The position numbers and the translations under genes were made by a program. DNA of 49,865 bases from a virus (lineage: Duplodnaviria > Caudoviricetes), in the IMG/VR virus record IMGVR_UViG_3300031716_000015, positions 1-49,865 of that record; one strand, 5' to 3'. The notes under the pieces are model-generated. The model was not told the origin of the DNA and did not search any database. It saw only the letters and a list, made by a program, of their open reading frames with translations. Shown here piece by piece: positions 17,815 to 25,774 of the stretch. Positions within the stretch are counted from its first letter, which is position 1. Each line of letters starts with the position of its first letter.

Positions 17815-17843
17815 TGTATACGTCGCGGTGATCACTTCGTCAA
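17815..17843 (-). promoter_or_regulatory. Candidate late promoter
   Basis: TTGACG-N17-TATACA on the minus strand, upstream of the packaging operon. Confidence 0.6.
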
Positions 17844-18046
17844 GTCGCGTCGCTCTGGCGTGTCGCCTCGTCGGGTAGCGGCGGCCAGAGCGGATGCATG
17901 GTGTCGACGAGGGTCCGGATCTCGACGGCCGCCTGGGCGATGAACTCGTCGTTCACGTAGGCGGCCAGCTGCGGCTCGTGGATCTGGTCGTCACGCATCA
18001 GTTCCCACCGCCGCAGTTCATCATTGTGGCGCCATTGCGCATTCAT
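17840..18046 (-). CDS. Hypothetical protein
   Basis: 68 aa, ATGA overlap. Confidence 0.6.
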   Translation of the reverse strand: MNAQWRHNDELRRWELMRDDQIHEPQLAAYVNDEFIAQAAVEIRTLVDTMHPLWPPLPDEATRQSDAT

Positions 18047-18285
18047 GCTTCAGCCCCCCGCTCTTGGTGGCGCGGGGCGTCGCGGGTGTCGTCGCACAGC
18101 GCACACTGCGGGTCGCGCGGCTGCCATGGGTGAGTCATCGGGACCGGCCGCCAGTTCTTGCGGATGTCGTCGAGCTCGGCCCGCAGCTTGCGGACCTCGA
18201 TGGCCATGGTCTGAACTGCCCGCTCGGCTTCGGCGCGTGCCTCCTGTGCGCGTCGGGCGCTCGCCTTCCAGTCACGCTTCTTCAT
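18043..18285 (-). CDS. Hypothetical protein (coiled coil + CxxC)
   Basis: 80 aa, ATGA overlap. Confidence 0.6.
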   Translation of the reverse strand: MKKRDWKASARRAQEARAEAERAVQTMAIEVRKLRAELDDIRKNWRPVPMTHPWQPRDPQCALCDDTRDAPRHQERGAEA

Positions 18286-18437
18286 ACTCCAGCCCCTCGT
18301 TTCAGCCGCGCCAGCTCGCGGCGCTCCTCGTGCACTCTGTTGCCGAACAAGTCGCGGTCGTGCGATCGAAAGTCAGCACATGGGCACCCGACCGGTGCAT
18401 GGCACTTCGGACATGGAACGCGATGCCGCCAGTTCAT
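18282..18437 (-). CDS. Small zinc-finger protein
   Basis: CPKCHAPVGCPC...H..R. Confidence 0.65.
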   Translation of the reverse strand: MNWRHRVPCPKCHAPVGCPCADFRSHDRDLFGNRVHEERRELARLKRGAGV

Positions 18438-19150
18438 CGCTTCGCCCCTGCGATCACCAGCCGCGCCCAAGACGCATACTCGGATTCGGTCATCACCACG
18501 CCGCAACCGTCGGTGTCGCACCGCACCCGCTCGTCTGACGGCCACCACCACAGGCTGACCAGTTCGCAGCCCCGGCATGGCGCCGTCCTCGGTTCGGCCC
18601 GCCGTCGTGGTGGCCGCTCATCCTCCTCGACCATCCGTGGAATGTAGCCCCGCATGGTCAGGTGCAGATCGCGGATCTCGTCGGCCACGTCGTCGATGGC
18701 CGGGTGGTGGTCGCAGGCGTCGTCGCACCGCCGCGCCAGCCACGCCGTGAGCGCTGCCACGGTCGGCTCGGGCGTCACGGTGCTCTTGCACCACTGGTAG
18801 CTGTCCCAGTCGCGAACCCACAGGTCGAGGATGTATGCCACGGCCGGTTCGCCGATCTGGTCGTCGATCCACCGCAGCGCCTCCGACGACGGGCGGAAGC
18901 GGCGCGGCGGTCCGGTGAGGTCCACGATGTCGACGTTGAGCGGGAGCGGCATCTCGCGGCTGCCGGTGACCCGCTGGCTGTTGCCGCGTCCGGGGGCGAG
19001 CATGGCGTGCAGCTGCGGGTAGAGCGCCCCGATGTCCGCGATGGTCTCGGCGAGCCAGATCCTGCATGGCTGGCAGACCTGGGCCCGCTCGTAGTGCACG
19101 GCGGTTCGCTGGCGGACTGGGCAGACGACGCAGAGCCTTTCCTCGGTCAT
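18434..19150 (-). CDS. Zn-binding putative transcriptional regulator
   Basis: CxxC/CxxC N-terminus, PLPLNVD, C-terminal PCRGC...VRC...C; typical gene upstream of HNH-terminase in actinophages. Confidence 0.65.
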   Translation of the reverse strand: MTEERLCVVCPVRQRTAVHYERAQVCQPCRIWLAETIADIGALYPQLHAMLAPGRGNSQRVTGSREMPLPLNVDIVDLTGPPRRFRPSSEALRWIDDQIGEPAVAYILDLWVRDWDSYQWCKSTVTPEPTVAALTAWLARRCDDACDHHPAIDDVADEIRDLHLTMRGYIPRMVEEDERPPRRRAEPRTAPCRGCELVSLWWWPSDERVRCDTDGCGVVMTESEYASWARLVIAGAKR

Positions 19151-19407
19151 CGCGCGGGCCTCTCGTAGCGGATCGACCGCGCCAACCGTCGTACTGCGTC
19201 GAGATCGGTCGGGGGCATGTTGCGTGCGAGCTGCCAGCCGCAGTCGGGGTCGTGGCCTTCGGACCGGCGCTCGTCCTCGACAGGCAGGCAGCACAGGTAG
19301 CAGACGCCGTCTTCTTGGATGGGGGCCGCGCTGTCCATGAGCGACTGGGCGGCCAGTACCAGCTTTTCGAGGATGTCGGGAAGGTCGATCGTTCGCTCGG
19401 GGTACAT
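19147..19407 (-). CDS. Hypothetical protein
   Basis: CYLC...H.PDC; overlapping start/stop. Confidence 0.6.
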   Translation of the reverse strand: MYPERTIDLPDILEKLVLAAQSLMDSAAPIQEDGVCYLCCLPVEDERRSEGHDPDCGWQLARNMPPTDLDAVRRLARSIRYERPAR

Positions 19408-19670
19408 CACGCTGCTCGCGCCTCCTCGGTGGCTTTGGCTGTGTCCGGGTCCAGTTCGCCGCCGTGGACGGGGCAGCCGGACCACCTGGCGCGCGTGAAC
19501 CACGGCTTGCCACCGCTGGGCGGGGTCGTCTCGACCAGCGGGCACGTGCACCAGGGGGCCGGGTCCTCGCTTTCGTATCTTGCGCACGGCCGGTCGCCGC
19601 AGACGTCGCCGTACTGTTCGGGACAGCCGCGCGTCGGCATCTCGCGGCACGGGTGCAGGGGATCGAACAT
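19407..19670 (-). CDS. Cys-rich hypothetical protein
   Basis: CTCP...GCPVHG; TGATG overlap. Confidence 0.6.
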   Translation of the reverse strand: MFDPLHPCREMPTRGCPEQYGDVCGDRPCARYESEDPAPWCTCPLVETTPPSGGKPWFTRARWSGCPVHGGELDPDTAKATEEARAA

Positions 19671-19966
19671 CAGCCCTCACCTCCTCCGATTCGTTCGGGG
19701 TTGAGGCGGTCCTTGAGCTTGACCGGCTCGTACGGCCAGGTCTTGCAGCAGCACGGGCCGGTCTCCTCGCCGCCGTAGAGCTTGCGCGGCGTGTGGCCGC
19801 ATGTGTGGTCGAGGCCGGGGTGCTTGGAGCTGGCCAGGCATAGGTGCTCATGGTCGGCTCCCGGCTCGTACATGCGCGCCTTGCAGAAGCCGCTGTCCCA
19901 TGGGGCCTCACGGCGTACGGGCGGGGTCTTCTCGACCATCGGCGTCTTGCGGAACGGCCAGATCAT
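19670..19966 (-). CDS. Cys/His-rich hypothetical protein
   Basis: 98 aa, ATGA overlap. Confidence 0.55.
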   Translation of the reverse strand: MIWPFRKTPMVEKTPPVRREAPWDSGFCKARMYEPGADHEHLCLASSKHPGLDHTCGHTPRKLYGGEETGPCCCKTWPYEPVKLKDRLNPERIGGGEG

Positions 19967-20340
19967 GCGTCACCGCCGTCCAGCGCGAGCAGGGTCGGGC
20001 ATGGCAGGACCTCGTCGTCGTGGTTGCAGAACTCGCTCGGACGTCCGCCGTATTCGCGCGGTCGGTGCAGCGCCCGTACCGCCTCGACCTTCCCCCGCAG
20101 CCCGTCCCGCTCGGCCTCAGCTTTGCGGAGGCGGGCCAGCTCATTCGGGTCGATCGTGTTCAGCGTGCGAACGACGGGCGCCGGGTCGTCGGTGACGACG
20201 TTCCAGTCGAAGTCGAGGCTCGCGTCGTCGAGGCAGCTGGCAGTACCGCACTTCGGGCAGACGCTCGCGCGCCCCTCAGCGCCTCCGTGAGCCTCGCCCT
20301 GCGCCGTTGCCTCGGCGGGGCGTTCTGTCGCGTCGGTCAT
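19963..20340 (-). CDS. Hypothetical protein
   Basis: VRALHRP...C..D...PCPTL motif common in actinophage small proteins. Confidence 0.65.
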   Translation of the reverse strand: MTDATERPAEATAQGEAHGGAEGRASVCPKCGTASCLDDASLDFDWNVVTDDPAPVVRTLNTIDPNELARLRKAEAERDGLRGKVEAVRALHRPREYGGRPSEFCNHDDEVLPCPTLLALDGGDA

Positions 20341-20684
20341 CGCGCCCACTCCATCCGCTCGCGGACGTCTTCGGGCATCGGGATGCGCCAGACGCCTCGG
20401 TCGTTGGCCGTCATGCCGAGCGTGGCCGAGTCGATGCAGTGGCCGTTGCGGCGGTGCTTGTCGAAGTTGGCCGCGGTGGTGAACGTGGCGTGGCAGACGG
20501 TGCAGTGGGCCTGCCGCCCGTGCGGTTGGACGCAGTCGTCGCGGCATCGGGTCCACGATGGCCCGTCCGCATGACGGGTCGGAGAAATGGCGGCCTTTCC
20601 GGGGCGTGGTGTACGCGGCTTACGGTCCGCTATGTTGATCTCCTGAGATTGGCCTGAGGGCTCCACGTTCGGATCGTCGGTCAT
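20337..20684 (-). CDS. FDXHR-type zinc-binding protein
   Basis: AHCTVCHATF....FDKHR..G.C. Confidence 0.7.
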   Translation of the reverse strand: MTDDPNVEPSGQSQEINIADRKPRTPRPGKAAISPTRHADGPSWTRCRDDCVQPHGRQAHCTVCHATFTTAANFDKHRRNGHCIDSATLGMTANDRGVWRIPMPEDVRERMEWAR

Positions 20685-20881
20685 CGCCTGTTCGCCTCCT
20701 CCGCCGTCAGCGGCTTGTCGCACATGCATCGCGGTCCGTGCTCGACCGGGTGGGCGGTGTCGAAAGTCATGGGCTCGTGGGCGTACTGCGGGAGTTCGCC
20801 GTGGAGCCAGCCGATGCCGTCCAGCCAGTGGACGGGGCGGCGGCAGTTGCGGCAGCTCGACGTGGTCAGGTCGGTGCTCAT
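20681..20881 (-). CDS. Hypothetical protein
   Basis: CRNC...GWLH; ATGA overlap. Confidence 0.6.
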   Translation of the reverse strand: MSTDLTTSSCRNCRRPVHWLDGIGWLHGELPQYAHEPMTFDTAHPVEHGPRCMCDKPLTAEEANRR

Positions 20882-21216
20882 CGCCGTCCTCGCTTCCGGC
20901 TGTAGGCGGTGTGCATGCGGCGGATGCGGTCGCGGCGGATAGCCCGCTGGTCGAGCAGGTACGCCTCGCCCCAGAGCATCCAGTCCTCGACGATCTGGGC
21001 GTATGTGCGCGCTGGTGGCCGCTGCGACGGCGGGGTGTACGCGGCCCGTACGACTTCGACTTGCCATGGTGTGAGTTCGCAGTCCAGGTCTCGGGCGAGT
21101 GCCAGGACGGCGTCGGCGGTGATCCACGGTCCCGGCGTGGCGGCTTCGGCGAGTGTCCGCAGCCGTTGCGCGGCGGCCCGCAGTTCAGCGGCTGGCGTCT
21201 GGTCGGAATAGGCCAT
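20878..21216 (-). CDS. Hypothetical protein (ATPGPW motif)
   Basis: 112 aa, RBS GGAGG. Confidence 0.65.
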   Translation of the reverse strand: MAYSDQTPAAELRAAAQRLRTLAEAATPGPWITADAVLALARDLDCELTPWQVEVVRAAYTPPSQRPPARTYAQIVEDWMLWGEAYLLDQRAIRRDRIRRMHTAYSRKRGRR

Positions 21217-21717
21217 GGCTCGCCTCCTTGATTCGCTCGTCCATGAGCTGCATCCGCTGCTCGATGTCGGCCGGGTTGGGTGTCCCGCCGTAGATCACGC
21301 GCTCCAGTACGCGCCGGGCGATATCCCACGGGATGTCTTCGTCGCTGAGCGCCGCCTCGACGAGGTTCACGAGGTAGCGCACCCGGGTGATGTCGGCATA
21401 GGCCTGGGCGTCTTGGCGCGCGAGGGTTTGGAGCCCGGTCCGTCGAAGATGGTCGTTGAGCAGGCTGTCACTGCGGGGGCGCCAGTCGTACGGGTCGCGG
21501 TGGGGCTCAGGCATGGCGCTCTCCGATCTCGCGGGCGATGGCAGCGGCCTGGTTCGGGTACATCCAGGCGAGGTTGTGGTGCGGGTCGCGTCCTCTAGCG
21601 AGCAGCTCGACCGCGATCTCCAAGCGGCCGAGTCGATCGTCTGTCCGCTGGAAACGGGCGTCGGCCTCGGCGAGGGTCCGCAGCCGTTGCGCGGCGGCCC
21701 GCAGTTCGGCGGCTGGC
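21141..21717. repeat. 56 bp direct repeat (21141-21196 and 21662-21717)
   Basis: 53/56 identical; both copies encode PAAELRAAAQRLRTLAEA. Confidence 0.85.
21185..21514 (-). CDS. Hypothetical protein
   Basis: 109 aa in operon. Confidence 0.6.
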   Translation of the reverse strand: MPEPHRDPYDWRPRSDSLLNDHLRRTGLQTLARQDAQAYADITRVRYLVNLVEAALSDEDIPWDIARRVLERVIYGGTPNPADIEQRMQLMDERIKEASHGLFRPDASR

Positions 21718-21725
21718 TCAGGCAT
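21507..21725 (-). CDS. Hypothetical protein
   Basis: 72 aa; shares N-terminal segment with 20878..21216. Confidence 0.6.
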   Translation of the reverse strand: MPEPAAELRAAAQRLRTLAEADARFQRTDDRLGRLEIAVELLARGRDPHHNLAWMYPNQAAAIAREIGERHA

Positions 21726-22038
21726 CGTCGTCCTCCTCGCCCTCGACGGCGTCTCCCGTCGGCTTGTCCAGGTAGACCCGGGCGTCAGCGATGAAGATCG
21801 CCTGGCCCGACTTGACGATGGGGTTGGTCATCAGCTCGGGAACCGGCAACGGCCATGGGAGCCGATGGAGCGCGGCGGCGATGCGCTCCTGATCGTCGGG
21901 GTGGCAGAAGAGCACTGGTCGCGGGATGTCGGCGAGGATCCGCCGCATCTCGGCGATGATGTCGGGCTGCTCGGCTATCGCAGCGAGCCCGCTGGGGCCG
22001 CCGTCGGTAGGCGCGGTGGTCGGTTCGAGGTCAGGCAT
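21718..22038 (-). CDS. Hypothetical protein
   Basis: 106 aa, RBS GGAG. Confidence 0.6.
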   Translation of the reverse strand: MPDLEPTTAPTDGGPSGLAAIAEQPDIIAEMRRILADIPRPVLFCHPDDQERIAAALHRLPWPLPVPELMTNPIVKSGQAIFIADARVYLDKPTGDAVEGEEDDDA

Positions 22039-22261
22039 CGGCGTCTCCCGCAGCCTCGTAGACGTCGGCGAAGACGTCGGGCTTGATCCACCCGCCGTCG
22101 TTGGTGGTGTGCTTCCAGCGGTGGGTTCCGGCGTACGGGCTGCCGAAGAACGCGGTGACGGCGGTGCAGGAGTCGCCGGTGCCAGCGAACTGGATGGCTT
22201 CGACGACTACGGGGCGCTTGCGGTAGCGGCCGGGCGCGGTGGTCGGGTCGGGCTGGGTCAC
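22031..22261 (-). CDS. RKxPVVVEAIQF-family phage protein, possibly internally deleted
   Basis: YRKRPVVVEAIQF ... KPDVF..VYE. Confidence 0.65.
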   Translation of the reverse strand: MTQPDPTTAPGRYRKRPVVVEAIQFAGTGDSCTAVTAFFGSPYAGTHRWKHTTNDGGWIKPDVFADVYEAAGDADA

Positions 22262-23088
22262 GGTGTCTCCTCGGTCGGTGGGGCGAGCCGCTCGGCGCGG
22301 CATGGTGCGCAGTTGTGGGCGAGCTGGCCGCGGTGCTTCGCGCACTGGGGCCGCCTGTCGCGGTCGTGGGCGTTGGCCATGGCGTGGCCGGCGGCGTACG
22401 CGGCGTCCCATGCTTCGGCGGCTTCGCGGGCGGTTTTGCATTTGCGGCATGCGGGTGGGTCGGGGTCGTCGCGGTGTTCGCGGCAGGCGGGTTCGGGGCG
22501 CGGTCCGCCGCGTCCAGACCCCGACACAGACTCAGACACAGACACAGACACGCCTGGAATCCGGTCGGAATCCGACCGGAATCCGCCTGGAATCCGGTCG
22601 GATTCCGGTCGGACAATTTGCGTCTCTACCTGCGCGTCCGGCGGCGGACTGCTGCGGGATGCGCGTTTGCGGCAGCGCGGAGAGCAGAATTTCGAGTCCG
22701 CCCTACGTGTGACATAAGCGTGACCGCAGCTGTGACAAGTGGCCTCTCTAGCCGTGACCGAAGCGTCCTCGCGATCCTGCCGCTTGCGTTCGCGGTCGGC
22801 GGCGCGGTCAGCTTCGATGCGGGCTTTGGTCAGGTTCCGCTCCTCGTACTGGTGGAACTGATGGCCGCCCTTGACTCGCCTCCACAGCCGCCGACGTACC
22901 AGTTCGTCCGCCACGGCCTCTTCGTACCGGAGCGTGTGCGCGAGCACGTCCTCGGAGATGAAGCCGTCAGTCGACTTCGCCGCGGAGAACGAGCCGGCGC
23001 GCACCCACAGCGCGAAGGCAGAGTCGGACATCCCGGTGGTCTTGGGATGGTCGTAGAAGTCAGGGTCGACCTGGAACCGGATGGGCAA
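22258..23088 (-). CDS. Replication initiator protein
   Basis: F.VD..F.DHPK...AFALWVRAGS.....TDGFI N-terminus typical of actinophage initiators; internal iterons; C-terminal C..H...C..C. Confidence 0.75.
   Translation of the reverse strand: MPIRFQVDPDFYDHPKTTGMSDSAFALWVRAGSFSAAKSTDGFISEDVLAHTLRYEEAVADELVRRRLWRRVKGGHQFHQYEERNLTKARIEADRAADRERKRQDREDASVTAREATCHSCGHAYVTRRADSKFCSPRCRKRASRSSPPPDAQVETQIVRPESDRIPGGFRSDSDRIPGVSVSVSESVSGSGRGGPRPEPACREHRDDPDPPACRKCKTAREAAEAWDAAYAAGHAMANAHDRDRRPQCAKHRGQLAHNCAPCRAERLAPPTEETP
22523..22613. repeat. Iteron array, putative replication origin
   Basis: GGAATCCG at 22556, 22567, 22578, 22589 and GGATTCCG at 22600 (11 bp period), preceded by a (GACACA)n run. Confidence 0.7.
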
Positions 23089-23110
23089 GGTGCTTCCCTT
23101 CTGGTGCAGT

Positions 23111-23134
23111 GCCCCGCCCGGGATCGGGCGGGGC
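23111..23134. promoter_or_regulatory. GC-rich hairpin upstream of the initiator gene
   Basis: GCCCCGCCCG-GGAT-CGGGCGGGGC; no U tract. Confidence 0.45.
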
Positions 23135-23145
23135 GATTCGCGTGG

Positions 23146-23916
23146 TCAGCTGCGCCAGGGCGCGAGGGCCTGGGTCTTGCGGCGGGCGTTGTACAGCTCG
23201 ACGACGATGTCGGCCACGCCGACGACGACGGACAGGCGGTACATGTCGCGGAAACCGCGGGCATCGCCGAGGAGGCGGTTGGGACCTCCGCCGCGGCGGG
23301 CTAGGCGGTCAGCGAGTTGGCTGTCGTCCACGGCAGAGCCGTATCGGGCGTAGACCAGGCCGATGCCTTCAAAGATGCGGCCGTCCACGCCGGATGTGTC
23401 GTGTCCCCAGGCCCGGGTGACGGTGATGAGGGTGCGCTCGAATGCCTGCGGATCGCGGTTATAGATCCGCTCGGCCGCGACGACCGCGGAGAACGATCCG
23501 TCGCCGAGCGCCGGATTGATCTTCCATCCGTGCTTGGCCAGGATCTGGGTGATGGCGGTCGCCACCGCTTCTCCCTCGACGGTCCGTACCCTGAACTTGT
23601 CCAGCGCCTGGAGCCTGACGGTGTTGTTCAGCAGGCGGAACAGCCGGGCCTCCTCCTCGACGGTCAGGCCGTCGAAGATTCGGCACAGGACCTTCTCGCC
23701 GTCGCCGCCCGCTAGCCGGAGGGCTTCGACGCGGTGCTGGCCGTCGATGACGTGGTACGAGCCGTTGCCCCGGTGGGAGACGGTGACGACACCGATAGCG
23801 GATAGGTCGAGGTCGTCGGCGATCTTCGCTACCCGGCTCCGGTCGAGCGGGCGCTGGACGTTCGGGTCGACGATCAGTCCGGAGACCGGAAGCAGTCGCT
23901 GTTCAGGCTTGGCCAT
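23146..23916 (-). CDS. DUF6551-like ParB-fold (DGQHR) protein
   Basis: VQRPLD...IGVVTVS.R..G.YHVIDGQHR, EEARLF..LN. Confidence 0.75.
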   Translation of the reverse strand: MAKPEQRLLPVSGLIVDPNVQRPLDRSRVAKIADDLDLSAIGVVTVSHRGNGSYHVIDGQHRVEALRLAGGDGEKVLCRIFDGLTVEEEARLFRLLNNTVRLQALDKFRVRTVEGEAVATAITQILAKHGWKINPALGDGSFSAVVAAERIYNRDPQAFERTLITVTRAWGHDTSGVDGRIFEGIGLVYARYGSAVDDSQLADRLARRGGGPNRLLGDARGFRDMYRLSVVVGVADIVVELYNARRKTQALAPWRS

Positions 23917-24760
23917 TGGTACGCTCCTTGAGTCGTTTGATGAGCACTTCGATGACTCGCCGTGCTTCGGAGAGGTCGCCCACCCACTGGGCGGCCTCTT
24001 GTCTTGTGATGTCGGGGTGCAGCTCGGTGATCTGTTTGAGCCCGTAGCTGATCCCGGTGAGGGTGGATGCGGCGGTGCTGATCGCGTGCCGCTGCTTCTT
24101 CGGGTCGGCGACCGTGGTACGCCGTGGCGTGGTAAGGCGGGCTTCGCGGACCCTGCGAACCTTCTCGAAGTTGCCGGCGACGTTGCCCGTGGTGTTCATG
24201 TCGGCCAGTGCTTGCCGGGCGAGCATCTGGTCTTCGGCCGCCAGCGTCGTGTCCTCTGCCGCCGCAACTACGGTCTTGGCGCGCTCGTACGTACTTGCCG
24301 ACATCCCTAACGCAGAGGCAACGACATCGCGGGTCTCACCTCTGGGCACGGTCCCGGTCTCCTGACCGGAACCGAACTGACCTGCCGCTTTACGCTCGGC
24401 GGCTCTTGGCCGCTCCAGCTGCTCCAGCGCTTGCCCGAGGCGGACTAGCTCCTCGGGCGTCATCGGTTTGCGCTCGGTGTTCTCGTCCCGCTCGATCCGC
24501 AGTCGTGCGGCCGCTCCGTCGAGGTCCTCGACGATCCTGGCCGGGATGGTGGTCAGGCCGAGCAGCTGGAAGGCGCGCAGCCGCCGTTCGCCAGCGAGTA
24601 GCCGACCGCCGGGCGTGACCGTAATCGCGTTGATAAGGCCCTGCTCCTTGATCGACCGGGCGAGTTTCTCCAGATCGCCGAGGTCGGAACGGAACCGGCC
24701 GTCGACACGAACCCAGTCGACCCGGACTTGGCGTTCCACATCCACCTCCAAAGTCGTCAC
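23903..24760 (-). CDS. ParB/Srx N-terminal domain protein with HTH
   Basis: LARSIKEQGLINAITV...LLAGERRLRA, ENTERK, VASALGMSASTYERA. Confidence 0.85.
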   Translation of the reverse strand: MTTLEVDVERQVRVDWVRVDGRFRSDLGDLEKLARSIKEQGLINAITVTPGGRLLAGERRLRAFQLLGLTTIPARIVEDLDGAAARLRIERDENTERKPMTPEELVRLGQALEQLERPRAAERKAAGQFGSGQETGTVPRGETRDVVASALGMSASTYERAKTVVAAAEDTTLAAEDQMLARQALADMNTTGNVAGNFEKVRRVREARLTTPRRTTVADPKKQRHAISTAASTLTGISYGLKQITELHPDITRQEAAQWVGDLSEARRVIEVLIKRLKERTNGQA

Positions 24761-24767
24761 TCCTTTC

Positions 24768-24941
24768 TCAGTCCGTCTCGCCGACGCGGCGCGCTTCGGC
24801 GGCGCGTACGTCGGCCTCGGTAGGCGGCAGTTCGTGGACTTCGCGGTCGCGGGGCAGCCCGCAGACTGCGCACCGATCGTCGCCGCGGTGGTCGTGGATG
24901 CCGTCGCCCGCGTACGGGTGGGCGGCGGGCTTGGCTGTCAC
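24768..24941 (-). CDS. Small Zn-binding hypothetical protein
   Basis: HPY...CAVCGLP....H; GTGA overlap. Confidence 0.6.
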   Translation of the reverse strand: MTAKPAAHPYAGDGIHDHRGDDRCAVCGLPRDREVHELPPTEADVRAAEARRVGETD

Positions 24942-25261
24942 GCCGCCTCCCGCTTCGGTGCCATCGCCTTGAGGAGGTCTTGCCGCCGCTGCCGGGTGAC
25001 TGCGGGCGGGTCGTACTGGCGCCGCACGGCCGCCGGCGGGGTCTTGGGCTGGACGTCGGCGAGGAGTCCGGCGCGGTGGGCGATGTCGACGGCGTGGGCG
25101 TCGTTGCGGGCGCCGAGCAGCGACAGGACCGCGCGGATGGCGGGTTCGACGGTGGCTGGTGACCGGCGCAGGGTTTGGGCGATCTGGCGGCGGGTTTGTC
25201 CGGCGGCGAGGCCGCGCAGGATTGCCATCTCGCGGTCGGTGAGGTGTGTGCGGTCGGCCAT
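24938..25261 (-). CDS. LuxR-type HTH protein
   Basis: LTDREMAIL..LA.G.T..QIA..L..S..TV......L..LGARN..HAV. Confidence 0.8.
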   Translation of the reverse strand: MADRTHLTDREMAILRGLAAGQTRRQIAQTLRRSPATVEPAIRAVLSLLGARNDAHAVDIAHRAGLLADVQPKTPPAAVRRQYDPPAVTRQRRQDLLKAMAPKREAA

Positions 25262-25315
25262 CGTCGCCTCCTCTGGTGTTTGGGTCGCGCTCCGGGGAAG
25301 CGGAGCGCGACGGTC

Positions 25316-25774
25316 CTATTCGGTGCCGCACCAGCCGCTGTGGCTGCGGTCGGTGAGCGTGCACGCGTCGGTGTGCATCCGGGGCGGCTTGGGCAGGTTC
25401 TGGCCCTGGTGGCAGGCGCAGGTGCACGGTGCGGGGCAGTATTTGCAGTGCGGGTGGCTCATGTCGCCGCGGGCGCGCTGTGCAGCGCCGCATTCGGGCT
25501 CGCACAGTTCGTGCAGGCAGCCGGTGGACAGGTAGTGGTGCGTGCCGTCGTGGATCGGCTGGGCTGCCTCGTGGAGGATCGGCCACACGGCCTGGACCAC
25601 CGCTGCGGCCTGGTCCATGAAGGTCTCGCGGTCGATGCGGCCGAGCTGGTGCCAGGGCGCGATCGTGTACTGGCTGTCGTACTCGGCGTGGAGGACTTGG
25701 GCTGCGGCTTCCACGGCTTCGGTCCAGTCGATGTCGGGGATCGGCGGCCGGTTGGGCACGGTGTCAGGCGCCAT
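25316..25774 (-). CDS. Hypothetical protein, Cys/His-rich C-terminus
   Basis: HHYLSTGCLH...CKYC.APC.C.CH. Confidence 0.65.
   Translation of the reverse strand: MAPDTVPNRPPIPDIDWTEAVEAAAQVLHAEYDSQYTIAPWHQLGRIDRETFMDQAAAVVQAVWPILHEAAQPIHDGTHHYLSTGCLHELCEPECGAAQRARGDMSHPHCKYCPAPCTCACHQGQNLPKPPRMHTDACTLTDRSHSGWCGTE

Noticed and set aside
22523-22613. CRISPR-like array
   Set aside because: 11 bp period with no spacers and no cas genes; fits iterons.
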